Part shown: positions 53,101 to 64,000 of the stretch, in pieces
How the letters are laid out: every line of letters begins with the position of its first letter
How positions within the stretch are numbered: the stretch's first letter is position 1
DNA from: Eledone cirrhosa
Taxonomy: Eukaryota
Reading direction: 5' to 3'
NCBI GenBank assembly: GCA_964016885.1
Contig: OZ024748.1
Location: 37,386,001 to 37,450,000, forward strand
DNA: 64,000 bases
The notes under the pieces: generated by a model
Told to the model about the DNA's origin: nothing
Databases searched by the model: none
The model's input: the letters and a program-made list of their open reading frames with translations, nothing else
Program-made: the position numbers and the translations under genes

Positions 53101-56100
53101 TGTCAGTTTTAACTACCTCTAGATCTAGTGTGACAATGTTAGTGTCAGTGTTAACTACCTCTAGATATAGTATGACAATGTCAGTGTCAGTGTTTACTAC
53201 CTCTAGATCTAGTATGACAATGTTAGTGTCAGTGTTAACTACCTCTAGATCTAGTGTGACAATGTTAGTGTCAGTGTTAACTACCTCTAGATATAGTATG
53301 ACAATGTCAGTGTCAGTGTTAACTACCTCTAGATCTAGTATGACAATGTCAGTGTCAGTGTTAACTACCTCTAGATCTAGTATGACAATGTCAGTGTCAG
53401 TGTTAACTACCACTAGATCTAGTATGACAATGTCAGTGTCAGTGTTAACTACCACTATATCTAGTATGACAATGTCAGAGTTAACTACCTCTAGATCTAG
53501 TATGACAATGTCAGTGTCAGTGTTAACTACCTCTATATCTAGTATGACAATGTCAGTGTCAGTGTTAACTACCACTAGATCTAGTATGACAATGTCAGAG
53601 TTAACTACCTCTAGATCTAATATGACAATGTCAGTGTCAGTGTTAACTACCTCTAGATCTAGTGTGACAATGTTAGTGTCAGTGTTAACTACCTCTAGAT
53701 CTAGTATGACAATGTTAGTGTCAGTGTTAACTACCACTAGGTCTAGTATGACAATGTCAGTGTCAGTGTTAACTACCTCTAGATCTAGTATGACAATGTC
53801 AGTGTCAGTGTTAACTACCTCTAGATCTAGTATGACAATGTTAGTGTCAGTGTTAACTACCACTAGATCTAGTATGACAATGTCAGTGTCAGTGTTAACT
53901 ACCTCTAGATCTAGTATGACAATGTTAGTGTCAGTGTTAACTACCTCTAGATCTAGTATGACAATGTTACTGTCAGTGTTAACTACCTCTAGATCTAGTA
54001 TGACAATGTCAGTGTCAGTGTTAACTACCTCTAGATCTAGTAAGACAATGTCAGTGTCAGTGTTAACTACCTCTAGATCTAGTATGACAATATCAGTGTC
54101 AGTGTTAACTACCTCTAGATCTAGTAAGACAATGTCAGTGTCAGTGTTAACTACCTCTAGATCTAGTGTGACAATGTCAGTGTCAGTGTTAACTACCTCT
54201 AGATCTAGTATGACAATGTCAGTGTCAGGGTTAACTACCTCAAGATCTAGTGTGACGATGTTAGTGTCAGTGTTAAATACCTCTAGATCTAGTATGACGA
54301 TGTCAGTGTCAGTGTTAACTACCACAAGATCTAGTGTGACAATGTTAGTGTCAGTGTTAACTACCTCTAGATATAGTATGACAATGTCAGTGTCAGTGTT
54401 TACTACCTCTAGATCTAGTATGACAATGTTAGTGTCAGTGTTAACTACCTCTAGATCTAGTGTGACAATGTTAGTGTCAGTGTTAACTACCTCTAGATAT
54501 AGTGTGACAATGTTAGTGTCAGTGTTAACTACCACTAGATCTAGTGTGACAATGTTAGTGTCAGTGTTAACTACCTCTAGATATAGTATGACAATGTCAG
54601 TGTCAGTGTTAACTACCTCTAGATCTAGTATGACAATGTCAGTGTCAGTGTTAACTACCACAAGATCTAGTGTGACAATGTTAGTGTCAGTGTTAACTAC
54701 CTCTAGATATAGTATGACAATGTCAGTGTCAGTGTTTACTACCTCTAGATCTAGTATGACAATGTTAGTGTCAGTGTTAACTACCTCTAGATCTAGTGTG
54801 ACAATGTTAGTGTCAGTGTTAACTACCTCTAGATATAGTATGACAATGTTAGTGTCAGTGTTAACTACCTCTAGATCTAGTATGACAATGTTAGTGTCAG
54901 TGTTAACTACCTCTAGATCTAGTATGACAATGTTAGTGTCAGTGTTAACTACCTCTAGATCTAGTGTGACAATGTTAGTGTCAGTGTTAACTACCTCTAG
55001 ATATAGTATGACAATGTCAGTGTCAGTGTTAACTACCTCTAGATCTAGTATGACAATGTCAGTGTCATGGTTAACTACCTCTAGATCTAGTGTGACAATG
55101 TTAGTGTCAGTGTTAACTACCACTAGATCTAGTATGACAATGTCAGTTTCAGTGTTAACTACCTCTAGATCTAGTATGACAATGTTAGTGTCAGTGTTAA
55201 CTACCACTAGATCTAGTATGACAATGTCAGTGTCAGGGTTAACTACCTCAAGATCTAGTGTGACAATGTTAGTGTCAGTGTTAACTACCTCTAGATCTAG
55301 TATGACAATGTTAGTGTCAGTGTTAACTACCACTAGATCTAGTATGACAATGTCAGTGTCAGGGTTAACTACCTCAAGATCTAGTGTGACAATGTCAGTG
55401 TCAGTGTTAACTACCTCTAGATCTAGTATGACAATGTCAGTGTCAGTGTTAACTACCTCTAGATCTAGTATGACAATGTTAGTGTCAGTGTTAACTACCT
55501 CTAGATCTAGTGTGACAATGTTAGTGTCAGTGTTAACTACCTCAAGATCTAGTGTGACAATGTTAGTGTCAGTGTTAACTACCTCTAGTTATAGTATGAC
55601 AATGTTAGTGTCAGTGTTAACTACCTGTAGATCTAGTATGACAATATCAGTGTCAGTGTTAACTACCTCTAGATCTAGTATGACAATGTTAGTGACAGTG
55701 TTATCTACCTCTAGATCTAGTATGACAATGTCAGTGTCAGTGTTAACTACCTCTAGATCTAGTGGGACGATGTTAGTGTCAGTGTTAACTACCTGTAGAT
55801 CTAGTATGACAATGTCAGTGTCAGGGTTAACTAGCTCTAGATCTAGTATGACAATGTTAGTGTCAGTGTTAACTACCACTAGATCTAGTGTGACAATGTT
55901 AGTGTCAGTGTTAACTACCTCAAGATCTAGTGTGACAATGTTAGTGTCAGTGTTAACTACCTCTAGTTATAGTATGACAATGTTAGTGTCAGTGTTAACT
56001 AACTCTAGATCTAGTGTGACAATGTTAGTGTCAGTGTTAACTACCTCAAGATCTAGTGTGACAATGTTAGTGTCAGTGTTAACTACCTCTAGTTATAGTA

Positions 56101-59100
56101 TGACAATGTTAGTGTCAGTGCTAACTACCTGTAGATCTAGTATGACAATATCAGTGTCAGTGTTAACTACCTCTAGATCTAGTATGACAATGTTAGTGTC
56201 AGTGTTATCTACCTCTAGATCTAGTATGACAATGTCAGTGTCAGTGTTAACTACCTCTAGATCTAGTGTGACAATGTCAGTGTCAGTGTTAATACCTGTA
56301 GATCTAGTATGACAATGTCAGTGTCAGGGTTAACTAGCTCTAGATCTAGTATGACAATGTTAGTGTCAGTGTTAACTACCACTAGATCTAGTGAGACGAT
56401 GTTAGTGTCAGTGTTAACTACCTGTAGATCTAGTATGACAATGTCAGTGTCAGGGTTAACTAGCTCTAGATCTAGTATGACAATGTTAGTGTCAGTGTTA
56501 ACTACCTCTAGATCTAGTATGACAATGTCAGTGTCAGTGTTAACAACCTCTAGATCTACTATGACAATGTCAGTGTCAGTGTTAACTACCACTAGATCTA
56601 GTATGACAATGTCAGAGTTAACTACCTCTAGATGTAATATGACAATGTCAGTGTCAGTGTTAACTACCTCTAGATCTAGTATGACAATGTCAGTGTCAGT
56701 GTTAACTACCTCTAGATCTAGTGTGACAATGTCAGTGTCAGTGTTAACTACCTCTAGATCTAGTATGACAATGTCAGTGTCAGTGTTAACTACCTCTAGA
56801 TCTAGTGTGACAATGTCAGTGTCAGGTGTTAACTACCTCTAGATCTAGTATGACAATGTTAGTGTCAGTGTTAACTATCTCTAGATCTAGTGTGACAATG
56901 TTAGTGTCAGTGTTAACTACCTCTAGATATAGTATGACAATGTCAGTGTCAGTGTTAACTACCTCTAGATCTAGAGTGACAATGTCAGTGTCAGTGTTAA
57001 CTACCTCTAGATCTAGTATGACAATGTTAGTGTCAGTGTTAACTATCTCTAGATCTAGTGTGACAATGTTAGTGTCAGTGTTAACTACCTCTAGATATAG
57101 TATGACAATGTCAGTGTCAGTGTTAACTACCTCTAGATCTAGTATGACAATGTCAGTGTCAGTGTTAACTACCACAAGATCTAGTGTGACAATGTTAGTG
57201 TCAGTGTTAACTACCTCTAGATATAGTATGACAATGTCAGTGTCAGTGTTTACTACCTCTAGATCTAGTATGACAATGTTAGTGTCAGTGTTAACTACCT
57301 CTAGATCTAGTGTGACAATGTTAGTGTCAGTGTTAACTACCTCTAGATATAGTATGACAATGTTAGTGTCAGTGTTAACTACCTCTAGATCTAGTATGAC
57401 AATGTTAGTGTCAGTGTTAACTACCTCTAGATCTAGTATGACAATGTTAGTGTCAGTGTTAACTACCTCTAGATCTAGTGTGACAATGTTAGTGTCAGTG
57501 TTAACTACCTCTAGATATAGTATGACAATGTCAGTGTCAGTGTTAACTACCTCTAGATCTAGTATGACAATGTCAGTGTCATGGTTAACTACCTCTAGAT
57601 CTAGTGTGACAATGTTAGTGTCAGTGTTAACTACCACTAGATCTAGTATGACAATGTCAGTGTCAGTGTTAACTCCCTCTAGATCTAGTATGACAATGTT
57701 AGTGTCAGTGTTAACTACCACTAGATCTAGTATGACAATGTCAGTGTCAGGGTTAACTACCTCAAGATCTAGTGTGACAATGTTAGTGTCAGTGTTAACT
57801 ACCTCTAGATCTAGTATGACAATGTTAGTGTCAGTGTTAACTACCACTAGATCTAGTATGACAATGTCAGTGTCAGGGTTAACTACCTCAAGATCTAGTG
57901 TGACAATGTCAGTGTCAGTGTTAACTACCTCTAGATCTAGTATGACAATGTCAGTGTCAGTGTTAACTACCTCTCGATCTAGTATGACAATGTTAGTGTC
58001 AGTGTTAACTACCTCTAGATCTAGTATGACAATGTTAGTGTCAGTGTTAACTACCTCTAGATCTAGTGTGACAATGTTAGTGTCAGTGTTAACTACCTCT
58101 AGATATAGTATGACAATGTCAGTGTCAGTGTTAACTACCTCTAGATCTAGTATGACAATGTCAGTGTCAGTGTTAACTACCACAAGATCTAGTGTGACAA
58201 TGTTAGTGTCAGTGTTAACTACCTCTAGATATAGTATGACAATGTCAGTGTCAGTGTTTACTACCTCTAGATCTAGTATGACAATGTTAGTGTCAGTGTT
58301 AACTACCTCTAGATCTAGTGTGACAATGTTAGTGTCAGTGTTAACTACCTCTAGATATAGTATGACAATGTTAGTGTCAGTGTTAACTACCTCTAGATCT
58401 AGTATGACAATGTTAGTGTCAGTGTTAACTACCTCTAGATCTAGTATGACAATGTTAGTGTCAGTGTTAACTACCTCTAGATCTAGTGTGACAATGTTAG
58501 TGTCAGTGTTAACTACCTCTAGATATAGTATGACAATGTCAGTGTCAGTGTTAACTACCTCTAGATCTAGTATGACAATGTCAGTGTCATGGTTAACTAC
58601 CTCTAGATCTAGTGTGACAATGTTAGTGTCAGTGTTAACTACCACTAGATCTAGTATGACAATGTCAGTGTCAGTGTTAACTCCCTCTAGATCTAGTATG
58701 ACAATGTTAGTGTCAGTGTTAACTACCACTAGATCTAGTATGACAATGTCAGTGTCAGGGTTAACTACCTCAAGATCTAGTGTGACAATGTTAGTGTCAG
58801 TGTTAACTACCTCTAGATCTAGTATGACAATGTTAGTGTCAGTGTTAACTACCACTAGATCTAGTATGACAATGTCAGTGTCAGGGTTAACTACCTCAAG
58901 ATCTAGTGTGACAATGTCAGTGTCAGTGTTAACTACCTCTAGATCTAGTATGACAATGTCAGTGTCAGTGTTAACTACCTCTCGATCTAGTATGACAATG
59001 TTAGTGTCAGTGTTAACTACCTCTAGATCTAGTATGACAATGTTAGTGTCAGTGTTAACTACCTCTAGATCTAGTGTGACAATGTTAGTGTCAGTGTTAA

Positions 59101-62100
59101 CTACCTCAAGATCTAGTGTGACAATGTTAGTGTCAGTGTTAACTACCTCTAGTTATAGTATGACAATGTTAGTGTCAGTGTTAACTACCTGTAGATCTAG
59201 TATGACAATATCAGTGTCAGTGTTAACTACCTCTAGATCTAGTATGACAATGTTAGTGTCAGTGTTATCTACCTCTAGATCTAGTATGACAATGTCAGTG
59301 TCAGTGTTAACTACCTCTAGATCTAGTGAGACGATGTTAGTGTCAGTGTTAACTACCTGTAGATCTAGTATGACAATGTCAGTGTCAGAGTTAACTAGCT
59401 CTCGATCTAGTATGACAATGTTAGTGTCAGTGTTAACTACCACTAGATCTAGTGTGACAATGTTAGTGTCAGTGTTAAGTACCTCTAGATCTAGTGTGAC
59501 AATGTTAGTGTCAGTGTTAACTACCACTAGATCTAGTGTGACAATGTTAGTGTCAGTGTTAACTACCTCTAGATATAGTATGACAATGTCAGTGTCAGTG
59601 TTAACTACCTCTAGATCTAGTATGACAATGTCAGTGTCAGTGTTAACTACCACAAGATCTAGTGTGACAATGTTAGTGTCAGTGTTAACTACCTCTAGAT
59701 ATAGTATGACAATGTCAGTGTCAGTGTTTACTACCTCTAGATCTAGTATGACAATGTTAGTGTCAGTGTTAACTACCTCTAGATCTAGTGTGACAATGTT
59801 AGTGTCAGTGTTAACTACCTCTAGATATAGTATGACAATGTTAGTGTCAGTGTTAACTACCTCTAGATCTAGTATGACAATGTTAGTGTCAGTGTTAACT
59901 ACCTCTAGATCTAGTATGACAATGTTAGTGTCAGTGTTAACTACCTCTAGATCTAGTGTGACAATGTTAGTGTCAGTGTTAACTACCTCTAGATATAGTA
60001 TGACAATGTCAGTGTCAGTGTTAACTACCTCTAGATCTAGTATGACAATGTCAGTGTCATGGTTAACTACCTCTAGATCTAGTGTGACAATGTTAGTGTC
60101 AGTGTTAACTACCACTAGATCTAGTATGACAATGTCAGTTTCAGTGTTAACTACGTCTAGATCTAGTATGACAATGTTAGTGTCAGTGTTAACTACCACT
60201 AGATCTAGTATGACAATGTCAGTGTCAGGGTTAACTACCTCAAGATCTAGTGTGTCAATGTTAGTGTCAGTGTTAACTACCTCTAGATCTAGTATGACAA
60301 TGTTAGTGTCAGTGTTAACTACCACTAGATCTAGTATGACAATGTCAGTGTCAGGGTTAACTACCTCAAGATCTAGTGTGACAATGTCAGTGTCAGTGTT
60401 AACTACCTCTAGATCTAGTATGACAATGTCAGTGTCAGTCTTAACTACCTCTAGATCTAGTATGACAATGTTAGTGTCAGTGTTAACTACCTCTAGATCT
60501 AGTATGACAATGTTAGTGTCAGTGTTAACTACCTCTAGATCTAGTGTGACAATGTTAGTGTCAGTGTTAACTACCTCAAGATCTAGTGTGACAATGTTAG
60601 TGTCAGTGTTAACTACCTCTAGTTATAGTATGACAATGTTAGTGTCAGTGTTAACTACCTGTAGATCTAGTATGACAATATCAGTGTCAGTGTTAACTAC
60701 CTCTAGATCTAGTATGACAATGTTAGTGACAGTGTTATCTACCTCTAGATCTAGTATGACAATGTCAGTGTCAGTGTTAACTACCTCTAGATCTAGTGGG
60801 ACGATGTTAGTGTCAGTGTTAACTACCTGTAGATCTAGTATGACAATGTCAGTGTCAGGGTTAACTAGCTCTAGATCTAGTATGACAATGTTAGTGTCAG
60901 TGTTAACTACCACTAGATCTAGTGTGACAATGTTAGTGTCAGTGTTAACTACCACTAGATCTAGTATGACAATGTCAGTGTCAGTGTTAACTACCTCTAG
61001 ATCTAGTGTGACAATGTTAGTGTCAGTGTTAACTACCACTAGATCTAGTATGACAATGTCAGTGTCAGTGTTAACTACCTCTAGATCTAGTATGACAATG
61101 TTAGTGTCAGTGTTAACTACCTCTAGATATAGTATGACAATGTCAGTGTCAGTGTTAACTACCTCTAGATCTAGTATGACAATGTCAGTGTCAGTGTTAA
61201 CTACCACAAGATCTAGTGTGACAATGTTAGTGTCAGTGTTAACTACCTCTAGATATAGTATGACAATGTCAGTGTCAGTGTTTACCAACTCTAGATCTAG
61301 TATGACAATGTTAGTGTCAGTTTTAACTACCTCTAGATCTAGTGTGACAATGTTAGTGTCAGTGTTAACTACCTCTAGATATAGTATGACAATGTCAGTG
61401 TCAGTGTTTACTACCTCTAGATCTAGTATGACAATGTTAGTGTCAGTGTTAACTACCTCTAGATCTAGTGTGACAATGTTAGTGTCAGTGTTAACTACCT
61501 CTAGATATAGTATGACAATGTCAGTGTCAGTGTTAACTACCTCTAGATCTAGTATGACAATGTCAGTGTCAGTGTTAACTACCTCTAGATCTAGTATGAC
61601 AATGTCAGTGTCAGTGTTAACTACCACTAGATCTAGTATGACAATGTCAGTGTCAGTGTTAACTACCACTATATCTAGTATGACAATGTCAGAGTTAACT
61701 ACCTCTAGATCTAGTATGACAATGTCAGTGTCAGTGTTAACTACCTCTATATCTAGTATGACAATGTCAGTGTCAGTGTTAACTACCACTAGATCTAGTA
61801 TGACAATGTCAGAGTTAACTACCTCTAGATCTAATATGACAATGTCAGTGTCAGTGTTAACTACCTCTAGATCTAGTGTGACAATGTTAGTGTCAGTGTT
61901 AACTACCTCTAGATCTAGTATGACAATGTTAGTGTCAGTGTTAACTACCACTAGGTCTAGTATGACAATGTCAGTGTCAGTGTTAACTACCTCTAGATCT
62001 AGTATGACAATGTCAGTGTCAGTGTTAACTACCTCTAGATCTAGTATGACAATGTTAGTGTCAGTGTTAACTACCACTAGATCTAGTATGACAATGTCAG

Positions 62101-64000
62101 TGTCAGTGTTAACTACCTCTAGATCTAGTATGACAATGTTAGTGTCAGTGTTAACTACCTCTAGATCTAGTATGACAATGTTACTGTCAGTGTTAACTAC
62201 CTCTAGATCTAGTATGACAATGTCAGTGTCAGTGTTAACTACCTCTAGATCTAGTAAGACAATGTCAGTGTCAGTGTTAACTACCTCTAGATCTAGTATG
62301 ACAATATCAGTGTCAGTGTTAACTACCTCTAGATCTAGTAAGACAATGTCAGTGTCAGTGTTAACTACCTCTAGATCTAGTGTGACAATGTCAGTGTCAG
62401 TGTTAACTACCTCTAGATCTAGTATGACAATGTCAGTGTCAGGGTTAACTACCTCAAGATCTAGTGTGACGATGTTAGTGTCAGTGTTAAATACCTCTAG
62501 ATCTAGTATGACGATGTCAGTGTCAGTGTTAACTACCACAAGATCTAGTGTGACAATGTTAGTGTCAGTGTTAACTACCTCTAGATATAGTATGACAATG
62601 TCAGTGTCAGTGTTTACTACCTCTAGATCTAGTATGACAATGTTAGTGTCAGTGTTAACTACCTCTAGATCTAGTGTGACAATGTTAGTGTCAGTGTTAA
62701 CTACCTCTAGATATAGTGTGACAATGTTAGTGTCAGTGTTAACTACCACTAGATCTAGTGTGACAATGTTAGTGTCAGTGTTAACTACCTCTAGATATAG
62801 TATGACAATGTCAGTGTCAGTGTTAACTACCTCTAGATCTAGTATGACAATGTCAGTGTCAGTGTTAACTACCACAAGATCTAGTGTGACAATGTTAGTG
62901 TCAGTGTTAACTACCTCTAGATATAGTATGACAATGTCAGTGTCAGTGTTTACTACCTCTAGATCTAGTATGACAATGTTAGTGTCAGTGTTAACTACCT
63001 CTAGATCTAGTGTGACAATGTTAGTGTCAGTGTTAACTACCTCTAGATATAGTATGACAATGTTAGTGTCAGTGTTAACTACCTCTAGATCTAGTATGAC
63101 AATGTTAGTGTCAGTGTTAACTACCTCTAGATCTAGTATGACAATGTTAGTGTCAGTGTTAACTACCTCTAGATCTAGTGTGACAATGTTAGTGTCAGTG
63201 TTAACTACCTCTAGATATAGTATGACAATGTCAGTGTCAGTGTTAACTACCTCTAGATCTAGTATGACAATGTCAGTGTCATGGTTAACTACCTCTAGAT
63301 CTAGTGTGACAATGTTAGTGTCAGTGTTAACTACCACTAGATCTAGTATGACAATGTCAGTTTCAGTGTTAACTACCTCTAGATCTAGTATGACAATGTT
63401 AGTGTCAGTGTTAACTACCACTAGATCTAGTATGACAATGTCAGTGTCAGGGTTAACTACCTCAAGATCTAGTGTGACAATGTTAGTGTCAGTGTTAACT
63501 ACCTCTAGATCTAGTATGACAATGTTAGTGTCAGTGTTAACTACCACTAGATCTAGTATGACAATGTCAGTGTCAGGGTTAACTACCTCAAGATCTAGTG
63601 TGACAATGTCAGTGTCAGTGTTAACTACCTCTAGATCTAGTATGACAATGTCAGTGTCAGTGTTAACTACCTCTAGATCTAGTATGACAATGTTAGTGTC
63701 AGTGTTAACTACCTCTAGATCTAGTGTGACAATGTTAGTGTCAGTGTTAACTACCTCAAGATCTAGTGTGACAATGTTAGTGTCAGTGTTAACTACCTCT
63801 AGTTATAGTATGACAATGTTAGTGTCAGTGTTAACTACCTGTAGATCTAGTATGACAATATCAGTGTCAGTGTTAACTACCTCTAGATCTAGTATGACAA
63901 TGTTAGTGACAGTGTTATCTACCTCTAGATCTAGTATGACAATGTCAGTGTCAGTGTTAACTACCTCTAGATCTAGTGGGACGATGTTAGTGTCAGTGTT
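50170..64000. repeat. Large near-identical duplication: about 50170-55786 repeated at about 58380-64000 (offset 8214 bp)
   Basis: Private variants recur at offset 8214: CTCGA (C at 50769/58983), AAGTACC at 51263/59477, ACGTCT near 51939/60153, GTCTTAA near 52224/60438 and TTACTG near 53967/62181. Minus-strand ORF coordinates 50939/59153 and 52409/60623 also differ by 8214. Confidence 0.92.
57070..59080. repeat. Tandem duplication, period 1008 bp (24 monomers)
   Basis: CTCGA occurs at 57975/58983, and the CATGG, CTCCCT and two GGGTT...CTCAAG monomers repeat in the same order at offset 1008. Boundaries are approximate. Confidence 0.8.

Larger units (their letters stand above)
1..64000. repeat. 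42-bp tandem satellite array, about 1,520-1,530 monomers, single orientation, extends beyond both window ends
   Basis: Every line is a rotation of ATGACAATGTCAGTGTCAGTGTTAACTACCTCTAGATCTAGT with few substitutions per monomer. Common alleles are ATG/GTG, TGTCAG/TGTTAG, CCTCTAG/CCACTAG and GATCTAG/GATATAG. A minority 36-bp monomer (TGACAATGTCAGAGTTAAC...) also occurs. No non-repeat sequence was seen. Confidence 0.99.

Noticed and set aside
56293-56826. Programmed frameshift or compensatory frameshift under protein selection
   Set aside because: There is no slippery sequence, and the original frame contains stops between the two indels.
6713-63547. Minus-strand ORFs as a tandem family of beta-solenoid genes ending in ...LQVVNTDTNIVIL
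   Set aside because: The shared C-terminus is just the recurrent AGTTATAG variant. There is no true ATG start, no intergenic or promoter sequence, and the repeat continues through every stop.
1-64000. CRISPR array
   Set aside because: The repeats are directly adjacent with no unique spacers, leader or cas genes.
1-64000. Synthetic concatemer or data-storage construct, given XbaI, BglII and HpaI sites in each unit and two binary positions
   Set aside because: Nested duplications, lineage-specific private mutations and stepwise variant series fit natural satellite turnover. The restriction sites follow from the palindromic hexamers.
1-64000. Telomeric or telomerase-templated repeat, or rolling-circle product
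   Set aside because: There is no G-rich strand bias (8 G and 8 C per unit), and variants are inherited in long ordered blocks instead of being reset to a template.
1-64000. TALE- or PRDM9-like coding repeat with hypervariable specificity residues
   Set aside because: There is no zinc-finger or TALE signature, and the allele order is explained by duplication history without needing a recognition code.

Overview
The whole 64-kb window is one uninterrupted, head-to-tail tandem array (satellite DNA) of about 1,520-1,530 copies of a 42-bp monomer, consensus RTGACAATGTYAGTGTCAGTGTTAACTACCTCTAGATCTAGT (about 38% GC, no CpG). The array runs off both ends. I found no unique sequence, inversion, transposon insertion, RNA gene or CRISPR spacer. 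The giant ORFs on both strands (14-aa repeats MTMSVSVLTTSRSS and VVNTDTDIVILDLE) most likely exist because the monomer is a multiple of 3 and lacks stops in two frames; the variant pattern does not show coding selection. The interesting content is hierarchical. The monomer is seven hexamers from two families and carries three palindromes. There are local dimer (84 bp) and trimer (126 bp) higher-order repeats, a recurrent cassette of rare variants, and multi-kb near-perfect duplications (offsets 1008, 2220, 2346, 2880, 3270, 4554, 4716, 8214 bp). The two ends of the window share markers that the middle lacks, and the only non-hexamer indels are one -1/+1 pair near 56.3-56.8 kb. A eukaryotic origin is likely but is inference. 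I cannot support a claim of a new gene system.
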